This document shows positions 25,654 through 35,633 of a stretch of 64,000 nt of DNA, piece after piece. The notes beneath the pieces were generated by a model. That model searched no databases. It had not been told where the DNA came from and saw only the letters and a program-made list of their open reading frames with translations. Both the position numbers and the translations under genes were made by a program. The DNA is taken from positions 1 through 64,000 of the IMG/VR virus record IMGVR_UViG_3300027754_005993; one strand, 5' to 3'. Each line of letters starts with the position of its first letter. Position 1 is the first letter of the stretch. Source of the DNA: a virus.

Positions 25654-26358
25654 TTATTGAAAAAAATCTCGGAGTCCCTTTAACATTAGAACTCTGTCTG
25701 TTCCATCTGAGGTTGTATATTTTACTTCGGTTTCCAGACGGGGACTTGTCTTGAAGAAGTCAATTAATTTTTTGTATTGTGCTGATGTTAGAAGTTCTAC
25801 AAATTCTTTTAGGTACTCTTGCGATACTGTTGATGCTTCTATTAATTCGTTTGGAGTTTGAATAGAGTAAATAGACTCAATCAATAGATCAAAGTAGTCC
25901 AAATCTTTATTTTTGTTATAAATTAAAGATTCAAGAGATGGGTATTTCATCTTGACTAATATTTCGTTGGATATTTTGAATTCGTTTGAGTGGGATGATT
26001 CAAAGATAGGTTCAATTTGATCTATATTGAGGTTTATTTTTATGGATTCTTTGGTTTCTGGACATATTATTACTGGTTCAACGACTTCACCTACCGACTT
26101 ACTTCTAAGTTTAAGAAAAAAGTATTCAATATCAAACAGTGGAAGTTTCTTTGATGGTGTTGGCAAGTCAAAGCAATTGTCTATAATGTCAGCAAGAGTG
26201 CTTAGAAAATCCTCATAGGAACCTGTCTGATTTGCTATAAGTAATGTTTTCTCGTCTTTTACTGTGAATGGTTTGAATGTTATCAATTTTCCAGTTGAAG
26301 GCTGGACAATATTATATCTTGGCATTGACTGTCGCATAGTATTGAGTAATTCTTTCAT
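25654..26358 (-). CDS. gp26: Baseplate hub assembly protein gp26-like
   Basis: PSTGK..TFKPFTVKDEKTLL, FDIEYFFLKLRSKSVGE, MKYPS, GLRDFF end. Confidence 0.88.
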   Translation of the reverse strand: MKELLNTMRQSMPRYNIVQPSTGKLITFKPFTVKDEKTLLIANQTGSYEDFLSTLADIIDNCFDLPTPSKKLPLFDIEYFFLKLRSKSVGEVVEPVIICPETKESIKINLNIDQIEPIFESSHSNEFKISNEILVKMKYPSLESLIYNKNKDLDYFDLLIESIYSIQTPNELIEASTVSQEYLKEFVELLTSAQYKKLIDFFKTSPRLETEVKYTTSDGTDRVLMLKGLRDFFQ

Positions 26359-26360
26359 TT

Positions 26361-27119
26361 TTATCCTTGTAAATATACATAATCTTTGAATTGGAATGTG
26401 GCATTGAATGTTGGATATCCTGATCCATCAGACGCAATGCTCATTTGACTTATTGCTGCTGGATATGCTTCCTTTAAAGTTATTTCCAAGTTGTTTTTTG
26501 ATTTATCTTGTGAATTTATACATCTTATGACTACTCTTCCAATACCAGATGCGTAATTGACATAATCCTCGTAGTCGGATAAATTAAATGCCGCATCTCC
26601 TTTTCCTCCAAATAAATTCCTCACATCTCCGAGAACGGCTGCAAGGGCCCCGCCGACGCGCTCATCTGCTCCACCTGTTATAGTAGTATCGGTGTTAGTA
26701 TTGTTGAAGTTATCCAACCACTTCTTTATGCTACCTAGCTCTGTTGGATTATCTATAAAATTTTGACTATTAGATTCACTTGGACTAAATCCAACTCCAG
26801 AAACATTTTGATGTTTTATTATTGTGTTCATCCATGTTTCAATGTAACTTCTTTCCGCCCAATCCTGATATATCATAAATGACATATGACACTGGGTATA
26901 ACCTCTTTTGTATGGTATTTTTCTGGATGGTCCCCACAAATCATGCTCATAATAGACATACTGTCTACCAGGAATAATAATATTCAGAGGATAGCATGTT
27001 ATGGTTCCTGCGGGTGAGGAGAAAACAACCTCATAGAAACTTGCTATTTGCGGACCACCGCGTTTGAGTGCGTTTTCTCTAAATTCTTGAACGGTTTTGC
27101 TTATATTACCTATTGCCAT
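26361..27119 (-). CDS. Tail tube-like/baseplate tail-tube initiator (gp19/gp54 family)
   Basis: IIPGRQ...GPSRKIPY...MSF...RSYIETW, ITLKEAYP...FNATFQF tube fold. Confidence 0.7.
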   Translation of the reverse strand: MAIGNISKTVQEFRENALKRGGPQIASFYEVVFSSPAGTITCYPLNIIIPGRQYVYYEHDLWGPSRKIPYKRGYTQCHMSFMIYQDWAERSYIETWMNTIIKHQNVSGVGFSPSESNSQNFIDNPTELGSIKKWLDNFNNTNTDTTITGGADERVGGALAAVLGDVRNLFGGKGDAAFNLSDYEDYVNYASGIGRVVIRCINSQDKSKNNLEITLKEAYPAAISQMSIASDGSGYPTFNATFQFKDYVYLQG

Positions 27120-27552
27120 CGAATAACTCTTTTTCTGTTAAAATTACAAATTTCCAAGAATGTTTATCGCAAAACTCTTTAGCAGCTCGCCACTTTGTAG
27201 TATTTATAGCATAAGTTATATTTTCATTTATGAGAGACTTTTTAGACTTCCGTTTGCCGACTTTTGGTTCTTTTGTCTGTTTATATGGTTTAATCTCTAC
27301 AACCAATGTTTCTATAGTCCCCATTTTGTTTTTCTTTTCTACTATAAAGTCTGGAAGATATATGTGGACTTCATTATCTATCGGACTTAGATAGGGTATT
27401 CTTAGGGTTTCAAACGACCATTTGATAATATTTACATTTTCATCTAAAAATTTACAAAATTTTCGTTCCCATAATGAGCGACAAATTATTTTATCGTGGT
27501 CACCTATATATTTTGTAGGCTTTTTTGGTAAAAATTTGGTTTTATAAGGCAT
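27106..27552 (-). CDS. gp4: Head completion nuclease gp4 (TnsA-like)
   Basis: YKTKFLPKKPTKYIGD...RSLWERKFC...W..E...IPY.SP, EIKP, KW.AA..FC. Confidence 0.92.
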   Translation of the reverse strand: MPYKTKFLPKKPTKYIGDHDKIICRSLWERKFCKFLDENVNIIKWSFETLRIPYLSPIDNEVHIYLPDFIVEKKNKMGTIETLVVEIKPYKQTKEPKVGKRKSKKSLINENITYAINTTKWRAAKEFCDKHSWKFVILTEKELFDGNR

Positions 27553-27572
27553 AAAATTATTTAGGGATACAA

Positions 27573-28538
27573 ATGGGACAGTTTATTTTAGAAAACAAAT
27601 TTTCACTCTTGGAGAACAATAAGAGACTGGTATATCCTATTGAGGAATCTGTTCGCCAGGCAATTCCTCTTTGGATGAAGTTTTATTGCTATGAATATTC
27701 AAATACTGTTTTGGGTAGAGCTGGAATGAAAAAATCATCAAACGGTGACGGTTCCGCAATACCAGGGTTGATGGCGAAAGAAAAAGCACAAATATTTCTT
27801 CCAGCACCTGTTAATTTTCAAACTCAGACATTACATAATTATGTTCCAGGACAAACTGATGCTAGGAATGTAATTCCAGATAATTTTTTAGTATCTGCAG
27901 CCAATAATGGTTTGGACCTGCTTTTGGACTATCTTGGCATTGATAAAGACAAGGGCTTGGCGCGGTTGGCCCGAATAAGGGAGATCCAAAAAAATCTAGA
28001 GAAGAATTTGAGTATTAGTGGATTTGCTTCTGATATGAGCTTTGATACTCTTGATGCTATATATGTTGGTAATGGTCCTTCTAGAAGTTATGAAATAAGA
28101 ATGACTCTTCCCTGTTTTACTACTGCCGATTCTAAAGCAGCAGGAGCAATTATACGAGCATTTGAAGCATTATCCTTGCCAACCGCTAGAGGATTGGGAT
28201 TTACAGTATTATCAAAATCTTATCATCCACCGTTATGGATATTTGGAATAGGTCCAGGAGATGAGTATAAATTTGATCCAGAATGGTCTGGTCAACCTCA
28301 AGTTTGTGTTCTCAAAGGTGTAGCACATAAGAAAACAGCATTTGAAACAAATTCTCTAGCGGCGGTTGGTAGTGGAACTGATTTAAAACCTGTCGCATAC
28401 TCACTTACTCTGTCATTCCAGGAATTAGAACCAGCATTCAGATTTACAACTCCTGGATCTGAAACATCAACACAAATTACAAATCGTTCTGGTATTCTTA
28501 TGACTACAGGATCAAATGTAGGTGTAAGGAAATCTTAA
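27573..28538 (+). CDS. gp48: Baseplate tail-tube cap gp48-like
   Basis: IFLPAP, RSYE..., CVLKGV, LTLSFQELE; synteny. Confidence 0.65.
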   Translation: MGQFILENKFSLLENNKRLVYPIEESVRQAIPLWMKFYCYEYSNTVLGRAGMKKSSNGDGSAIPGLMAKEKAQIFLPAPVNFQTQTLHNYVPGQTDARNVIPDNFLVSAANNGLDLLLDYLGIDKDKGLARLARIREIQKNLEKNLSISGFASDMSFDTLDAIYVGNGPSRSYEIRMTLPCFTTADSKAAGAIIRAFEALSLPTARGLGFTVLSKSYHPPLWIFGIGPGDEYKFDPEWSGQPQVCVLKGVAHKKTAFETNSLAAVGSGTDLKPVAYSLTLSFQELEPAFRFTTPGSETSTQITNRSGILMTTGSNVGVRKS

Positions 28539-28539
28539 T

Positions 28540-29487
28540 ATGTTATTTAACAAATATCCTCAACTGACATACAAGTTTGGAAATAAAGATATTCAGGTAG
28601 TGGATATATTTAAAAACATATCATTTTCAAATGTGGATACAAGTTATGCGTTTCGCGACTATTACATTGAAGATGGAGAAACTCCAGAATCGGTAGCAAT
28701 CAAACTTTATGGATCTTCCAATTTATCCTGGTTGATCCTGCTTGTAAATAACTTTACAAGATTACAGGACGACTGGTTTGTTTCTCAATTAGAATATCTT
28801 GGTCAACAAGAATCAAAATTTGGTGGTAACGCATATTATGTACCAGCACTTCCAGATCTAAAGATAGGAGATATCTTGGTAAGAGTAACTGGAACCGCAG
28901 GAACTGCTGCGACATCTGTTGACTCAACATCATATTTCCATGTAGCAGACTATGATCCATATTTTAGAAAAATAAGAGGAATATGTGGTGGCACTGGAAG
29001 CATATCCAAAGGGGATCTTGTACTGATTGCTAGACAAAATCCAGAAAATGGAACAGTAGCTCCCATATACTTCAACAATCAAGGCGATCCTTCACAACTT
29101 ACTAACTATACAAATATTCTTTATAAGGAATCATATAATAAAAGTGTTCTTTATTTTTACGATTCATACAGTGTCATACTAGATCCGTATAGATTTTCTA
29201 TATCTGGTAGAACATCCATTAATTCTAATACAACATATTTGAATACAACAGATACCACCACTGAGAATAACTTTGCTTTGTGTTTATTATATCGTTATGG
29301 TATATGTGGAGGAACAATGCCTGTAGGTGTTTTAAAGAAAACCTTGGGTGAAGACGAATTTGCTAAATACATTAACAAGCAAAAAATAAAGGTATTAAAT
29401 CCAGAGCATGTTGCAAATGTTCTGAGTGTCATAGAAAGTGCTATAGAAACTGACACCGTGTCTAAAACATTCATAATAGAAATATAA
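28540..29487 (+). CDS. gp53: Baseplate wedge gp53
   Basis: F.KYP.L.Y, YYIEDGETPESVA.KLYGSS.L.WLILL.N. Confidence 0.85.
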   Translation: MLFNKYPQLTYKFGNKDIQVVDIFKNISFSNVDTSYAFRDYYIEDGETPESVAIKLYGSSNLSWLILLVNNFTRLQDDWFVSQLEYLGQQESKFGGNAYYVPALPDLKIGDILVRVTGTAGTAATSVDSTSYFHVADYDPYFRKIRGICGGTGSISKGDLVLIARQNPENGTVAPIYFNNQGDPSQLTNYTNILYKESYNKSVLYFYDSYSVILDPYRFSISGRTSINSNTTYLNTTDTTTENNFALCLLYRYGICGGTMPVGVLKKTLGEDEFAKYINKQKIKVLNPEHVANVLSVIESAIETDTVSKTFIIEI

Positions 29488-29490
29488 AAT

Positions 29491-32400
29491 ATGCCAAGTT
29501 TTCCTAAAGATCTAGAAAATCAAACAAATACAGCGCAGATGTCACCATATACATCTGCACAAGATTCCATTTTACATCCAAATGAATCTAGAATAGAATC
29601 CTTAGTACTTTCCAAAAAAGATAAAAGTGGTAAAGACATTGAGTTTCAACTATTACCATGGCCTGGTTCTAAGGTGGTTCTTCGTCCTCCATTGTCTCAT
29701 ATTTCATTCACAGAATCAATACCAAATAATTGTATATTTGGAAGTATGGTTGTATATGATGATAGAAATTGGATTGATGAGTTTAGATTTACTGGAAGCG
29801 AACAAGTTGAAATTAAATTCAAGATTGGTCCAAAAAAAGAAAATGATGAATCTAAGGATTCCGATAAACTTATAACTCTTAAGTTTCAGATCTACAACGC
29901 CAAATCAATATCAGACGAAACAGATTTTACTCAGACAAATACACTAGATGAAAGATTAAGTGTTTGGAAACTTGAATTTGTAAGTTCTGATGTGTTCTAT
30001 AACACATATTTTTCTAAAATTCAAGATCAGTATAATGATACCACATTTGTTGGTCGTATATCTACTGGATATACGGGGGACATTAGTGCTAGTCCAAATA
30101 TAGAGGATAGAGTAGAAAAAATAGGATATATTGATACCTTATTTAAACAGTTGAAGTTTAAAGTCAATTCAGTTGATTCATCAACCAATTATATTTGGTT
30201 AAAACCGCACAATTTATCATACCCCTTCATGAAGTCCCAGGGAAGATTAAAGTTGTTACCTCTTTTGAATTATATTGCTAATTTTAGTTGTAACGATAAA
30301 GATAAAACTGTGGATTATGTTGTATGGGAAGATAGAGATGGCTGGAATTTTAGATCCATCTATACAATGGTAAAAGATGAAAAGGCAGTAGATGGATTTA
30401 CAATAACATCAGATTTGACAAATCCTAATAGAATACTTGGATTTCAGGTGGTCAGTGAATATAATATTGAAAATCTTTTAGAAAATGGTGGATTATTTTC
30501 TAACTATATGAGAGAAAATCCATTTTATTCTCCTCATGCCAGCAAGTCACAATTTACCAACTATAATGGATTTGTACAGAGATATGAAAATACAGGATTT
30601 GAAAGTCCAATTTTTAATATGGATGTAGGCCTTCAGTTTCCTCAACATGACATTTTATATAATTATTTTCATGGTAAAGACTCAAAACCTTTAACAAAAA
30701 TTGAAAACTATCCTCTAGTTTCTAAATCCAATTTAGACAACATTTTCACAGAAGTAACTCAATATACCCCAGATGGTGCTGGAGATGATGCATCATCTTT
30801 TTTATCCTTTGAAGTAGGTAATAATGTTTATGGATTTATGGATAAATCCATTAGATTGAATAATCCATATCCAGCAAATTCGTGGAACCAATATGGAGAT
30901 AATTATATTCCAGATTTGCCATTCAGCGATATCGCTTATGTTCCACAGTTTGACATAACCAATTCGTATGAAACGGGAGATGGCAAAGACTTAATCAACT
31001 ATTATCATTATGTTAGAAAACCACTATTAGAGAAAAGATCAGAGTATAAAAGACTAAAAGATATTAAACGCAAATGGGAAGTATATCGTTGTACCATTTG
31101 TTGCCATGAAAATGGTGCTTTAGGTTCAACTGCTGACATTGCGATTCTACAAAATCCAGGAGGCGCAACAGGAATTACATATTCCTTATTGTTTGGTCCA
31201 ACTGGAATCTACGCATCAAAGGATGACACTTATAAGGTTATTGCTGCTGGATCCTTTACCGATACTCTAAATTATCAAGCAGGAAATACCTTCTACCAGA
31301 GAGGATTGACATATTCATACGATCTCACTAAAGCACCGTACAATGAAACTCTGGGTCAGTTCTTTAATCTAACTGGACCAACTGCTCCAGAAGCATATAC
31401 TAAATTTGTAATTGATAGAGCAACTCAACAATATGATATTATAATTTCAAAATTTGAAGAACGCAAGACTGATCTTGAGGCGTTTGTTAATACAAATGTT
31501 GATCGCTATAAGAAAACTGCCGATGATATATTTGCTTCGGTACAAATCACCAAAGTGGGAGATCCACAACGAGATCTCGTCGCTCCTCAACCACGACCAA
31601 TAGATTTACTACAAGGAATCTCAAACCGATTCATGGGAGATGCCATAATCGGAGAACAACTTACTGATTGGCCAATCACTTCATATGAATTTGGAATGGT
31701 TCCACATTCCAAGGTTGGAGTGAACACAGGAATTGCTCAAGTAGCATTTGGCGTTGATCCAACTCCCGCACTACGATCAACGATAACATTTAGAAGTCTT
31801 GATGGTGGACCAGTCGGTGGTAATAACAATTGTAATGGAACTGAAAGATGGTGTAATTGTTGTTCTGGAGGAATCCTAACTAATGATTTTATTTGTATTG
31901 AATTTGGAGATGATTTCGAAGAACGAATCAATGCAGCAACACAAGAATGCAAAGATAGAGATCCATGTAACTGTCGGCTGATTCAGGTGGTGGATGGAAC
32001 CGTCCCCAGTGGTCCCTTTGTTGGTCCGTGTACGGTACAAGTACCTCATGTACCAGTACCTAGTGATCTCCGTGACTGTATTCCTATACCACCAAATGAG
32101 AATGGATGTCAAGATAATACTGTTCCTTGTTGTTTCACTGCGGACAATGAACCTGGATCGTTTTGTTTCTGTCTGGATCCTGTTATATGCGAAACAATAC
32201 AAGGATCTCAAGTAGATAATTGTTCCCTTTGTTTGGAAGGTGGACCTAGTGGTGGACCTAGTGGTGGACCTAGCGGACCTGGCGGACCTAGTGGTGGTGG
32301 CGACAATGATATTATTGTAATTATCATTCAGGGAAATACTGGTCCAACTGGTCCAACTGGTCCAACTGGTCCAAGTGCTCTTCCAACAGAAAAAGATGTA

Positions 32401-35229
32401 ATTTACATTCCAGTAGATTCTTTACAAGAATGCTCTAATGATAAAATCATTCGTGGATTTATCAAGCACACAACAAAGGAAGCAGTTGGGCAATATAATC
32501 AAATATATGTCTATGCTGCGCCATACCTCTGGGATGTAGAAGTCAGCGATTGGTCATTCTACGATTATGGTACAGAATCTGGGTTGATTCCTGGTGTTGT
32601 AGATCCCATAATTAAAGAAAATACACAAAATTGTCTTTTATCCTCAGGTTGCTATAATACCACATGCTTGAGTTCTGTCGCACTTGAAGTGTTGAGAAGA
32701 ACATGCGTAGCAGAAATACAATTATTGAGTGTAGAACTTGAAATAATGAAACAACTTAAGGAAAAAATTCAAAATGAATATAAGAGTGCATGGATCAAGA
32801 ACTACGCAGAATGGCATACAAGAAATTCATTCTTCTTCTCCAAGAATCCTGGTTCCTCTATCTTCAAATCAGAAGTAAAGGAAACTGTTTCTTCTCCACT
32901 TTCGCTTCAAAATATAAAATCCATAACTCGTAAGGAAATTCGTGGAAGTAGATATGAACTTCTTTCTAATAAGATTGGCATAACTGGAGCATCTGCTGGT
33001 CAATGGTTATATAAGATTTTCTTTGGTGGACAAACTGGATCCACTGCTCATCCCTATTATAGTCAAAAATATAAGGAAGAGTCATTCATAACATCTAGAA
33101 AACCACATTCTTGGTTTGGATTTACTGACGCAGATGGAACTGATGATAAAACTTTCTTTATTGATGGTGGAAAATTTACATACGAAGGACAACCTGTAGA
33201 TTCTAGTCCAGATTATCGTGGAGAGGAATATCGCGAACAGGGAGCAATTCATATTGGATCAAATGATTTACAAGATCTGACAACAATAACTTCAGAGGCA
33301 AATCCAATTTTTGATTATGGTTATGCGCAATCAGATTTGAGCAAGCAAGATGGAGCAGCATCAATACTTTCTATTGAAGATCTCAAGAAGTATAGAAATA
33401 CATTCAACTTCTACCAAACTGGAGCAACAAGCACACCACCCAATATAAAGAAGGAACAAATTTCTTCTTATGTTAGAATCGAATTCGCAACTCCAATTGG
33501 ATTGGATAGAATCAAAGATTTTCCAAATGGATTTGTACGAGATGCTGGTGTTGAATATTTCTTACCATATCTTGTAAGTTTGACGGTTGGACCATTAGGA
33601 AGACAAGCACCAAAATATAATGTTGCTGTAATTGGAATGGATCCTTTTGGATTTGATGTTGCGGTAAAGAAGATTAAAGATGATCTTCCAACAAATAGAA
33701 AACTACAAGGAATAGATAAAGGTAATTATTATGATTGGTGGAATCATGATACTGGATCCGTACTATCAAAAGCAAATTACTTAACATCAGATTATAATGG
33801 AATGGATCTATGGCCAGAAGCAGGATTTGAAACAGAATTCCCATATTATTCATTTGATCCAACCGAAGACGATTTGCATAGTGGTGGACCAGATATGGAT
33901 TTTCATATGGGTGGTGGATATAACTTTGAAAATGGTTCCCAAAACTGGATGGAATCTTTATATCATTATGGAATGAGTAGCGGTAAACAATTTGATCCAT
34001 TGTATAGAACTTCTGTTGTTGGATCATATATTCTTCCAAACAGTTATAGAAAATTAAAACCACATCGTTCTTGGTGGTCATTGTTTGTTCCTAGAAATCT
34101 GTTTATTCCAATACGCTTTGCCAATATTCTCAAATCTCCAAATACAAAAGCAAGAGACATGTTTGGTGGAAGAGGAATATTTACAATTTCGCCAAATTAT
34201 TGGAGAACTTGGTATGGAAATGAATTTGCAAGTTGGATAAATCCAGATAAGATAAATTTAGAATCTTTAGTAGCTGAGAAGGCTCCAGATTTGAATTTCC
34301 TTGTAGATGACCACGATGAATATGCGGGTGAAGTTCAAAAAACCTATATTTCTGCCCACAAAGATCCAAATGTACATGGTTCTGGTTATTTTAGAGATTC
34401 GTTGATGTATTATCTGGCAGGAAATTATAATCTATACAGACCAGGATTAGTCAAGACTGAACTATGGCAATGGGATTTGAGTGGAGAAAGTGATTATGGA
34501 TTGATCACTCCACCAGTGGATACTGAATATGAACCATTTGACCGAAACTTCTCTGTACAGTTTGTGGTTCATGGTAAGGGAATCCGAACATGTAAGGATA
34601 TTGGATTGGAATGCGTGAATCCAAGTGCCATTCAAAATGGTCCTGTTCTTTCTGCTAGTGGATGCACTGCAAGTCCATATTGTAATTGCCCAGCGCAGTA
34701 TAATATACCAATAGAAGCAGAACCAACATATCTTGAAATTCAAAAATTATATAATGAAATAAATGAATGCGCCTTGATAGAAAATGTAATGGGTAAAGAT
34801 TACTTAGGTTGCGATTATAAAGATCCAAATTTACATTGTAGTTGTAATTGCCCAGAGCAAGGAAAACTCTATAATTCCTTTAATGCTATGACCAAAACAT
34901 ATGCGACTTTCTGGAACACTCCCCCAGGAGTTCCTCTACAACGAAATGCGGAAATGGTACAATTAGAATCGCAAAAGTTAAGACTAAAGATATATCCAAA
35001 TCCAAAGGTTAAAATTGGAAAGATTGTGGAGATATTTGATATAAACGACATACCAGAAAATACCAAATACAAATATAAAGCAATTTCTGGAAGATGGATG
35101 GTATATGAAATTTTCCACAGAATGACTCCTTCTTCATATTCTATGGAAATTATATTGGTTAGAGATTCACTACCGTTTGATCCAGAGCAAGCACAAGTAC
35201 CTACAAAAATATTGGACGCTAATAATTAA
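29491..35229 (+). CDS. Giant gp27-like baseplate hub protein with large Cys-rich insertions
   Basis: N-terminal ISFTES...GSMVVYD...FTGSEQVEIKF and WEDRDGWNFRSI; C-terminal SGRWMVYEIFH...ILVRDS; position between gp53 and gp25. Confidence 0.65.
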   Translation: MPSFPKDLENQTNTAQMSPYTSAQDSILHPNESRIESLVLSKKDKSGKDIEFQLLPWPGSKVVLRPPLSHISFTESIPNNCIFGSMVVYDDRNWIDEFRFTGSEQVEIKFKIGPKKENDESKDSDKLITLKFQIYNAKSISDETDFTQTNTLDERLSVWKLEFVSSDVFYNTYFSKIQDQYNDTTFVGRISTGYTGDISASPNIEDRVEKIGYIDTLFKQLKFKVNSVDSSTNYIWLKPHNLSYPFMKSQGRLKLLPLLNYIANFSCNDKDKTVDYVVWEDRDGWNFRSIYTMVKDEKAVDGFTITSDLTNPNRILGFQVVSEYNIENLLENGGLFSNYMRENPFYSPHASKSQFTNYNGFVQRYENTGFESPIFNMDVGLQFPQHDILYNYFHGKDSKPLTKIENYPLVSKSNLDNIFTEVTQYTPDGAGDDASSFLSFEVGNNVYGFMDKSIRLNNPYPANSWNQYGDNYIPDLPFSDIAYVPQFDITNSYETGDGKDLINYYHYVRKPLLEKRSEYKRLKDIKRKWEVYRCTICCHENGALGSTADIAILQNPGGATGITYSLLFGPTGIYASKDDTYKVIAAGSFTDTLNYQAGNTFYQRGLTYSYDLTKAPYNETLGQFFNLTGPTAPEAYTKFVIDRATQQYDIIISKFEERKTDLEAFVNTNVDRYKKTADDIFASVQITKVGDPQRDLVAPQPRPIDLLQGISNRFMGDAIIGEQLTDWPITSYEFGMVPHSKVGVNTGIAQVAFGVDPTPALRSTITFRSLDGGPVGGNNNCNGTERWCNCCSGGILTNDFICIEFGDDFEERINAATQECKDRDPCNCRLIQVVDGTVPSGPFVGPCTVQVPHVPVPSDLRDCIPIPPNENGCQDNTVPCCFTADNEPGSFCFCLDPVICETIQGSQVDNCSLCLEGGPSGGPSGGPSGPGGPSGGGDNDIIVIIIQGNTGPTGPTGPTGPSALPTEKDVIYIPVDSLQECSNDKIIRGFIKHTTKEAVGQYNQIYVYAAPYLWDVEVSDWSFYDYGTESGLIPGVVDPIIKENTQNCLLSSGCYNTTCLSSVALEVLRRTCVAEIQLLSVELEIMKQLKEKIQNEYKSAWIKNYAEWHTRNSFFFSKNPGSSIFKSEVKETVSSPLSLQNIKSITRKEIRGSRYELLSNKIGITGASAGQWLYKIFFGGQTGSTAHPYYSQKYKEESFITSRKPHSWFGFTDADGTDDKTFFIDGGKFTYEGQPVDSSPDYRGEEYREQGAIHIGSNDLQDLTTITSEANPIFDYGYAQSDLSKQDGAASILSIEDLKKYRNTFNFYQTGATSTPPNIKKEQISSYVRIEFATPIGLDRIKDFPNGFVRDAGVEYFLPYLVSLTVGPLGRQAPKYNVAVIGMDPFGFDVAVKKIKDDLPTNRKLQGIDKGNYYDWWNHDTGSVLSKANYLTSDYNGMDLWPEAGFETEFPYYSFDPTEDDLHSGGPDMDFHMGGGYNFENGSQNWMESLYHYGMSSGKQFDPLYRTSVVGSYILPNSYRKLKPHRSWWSLFVPRNLFIPIRFANILKSPNTKARDMFGGRGIFTISPNYWRTWYGNEFASWINPDKINLESLVAEKAPDLNFLVDDHDEYAGEVQKTYISAHKDPNVHGSGYFRDSLMYYLAGNYNLYRPGLVKTELWQWDLSGESDYGLITPPVDTEYEPFDRNFSVQFVVHGKGIRTCKDIGLECVNPSAIQNGPVLSASGCTASPYCNCPAQYNIPIEAEPTYLEIQKLYNEINECALIENVMGKDYLGCDYKDPNLHCSCNCPEQGKLYNSFNAMTKTYATFWNTPPGVPLQRNAEMVQLESQKLRLKIYPNPKVKIGKIVEIFDINDIPENTKYKYKAISGRWMVYEIFHRMTPSSYSMEIILVRDSLPFDPEQAQVPTKILDANN
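32239..32373 (+). repeat. Coding tandem repeats (GGPS)n and (GPT)n
   Basis: ggtggacctag(t/c) x3 from 32239; ggtccaact x3 from 32341. Confidence 0.85.
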
Positions 35230-35240
35230 TAAATAATAAT

Positions 35241-35633
35241 ATGATTAGTAACAGACCAAATTATACAGATTTACCATTTTTTCTTTCAAAAAATGCATTT
35301 ACTGGAGACTTAAATACAGTAAAGGATCTTTCCGCAATTCGGCAAGCTCTTAAGAATTTGGTTATGAGTGATAATGGAGAAAGACCATTTAATTATGATT
35401 TTGGTTGTGGATTTTATAAAACTATTTTTGAAAACTATACAATGGAACTTATGATGGATATTCAACAGAAAGTATCCAGCAATATACGAATGTTTGAGCA
35501 AAGAGTGATTATTAATAATATAAGAGTTGTTGATGCCCCAAAGCAAAATGCAATAAATGTTTATATTGATTTTGGTCTGCCAGATGTTAATATTCAAGAC
35601 ACAATAAGTATAGCACTAACAAGGACAAGATAA
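35241..35633 (+). CDS. gp25: Baseplate wedge gp25
   Basis: AIRQALKNLV...GERPF..DFG...FEQRV. Confidence 0.92.
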   Translation: MISNRPNYTDLPFFLSKNAFTGDLNTVKDLSAIRQALKNLVMSDNGERPFNYDFGCGFYKTIFENYTMELMMDIQQKVSSNIRMFEQRVIINNIRVVDAPKQNAINVYIDFGLPDVNIQDTISIALTRTR

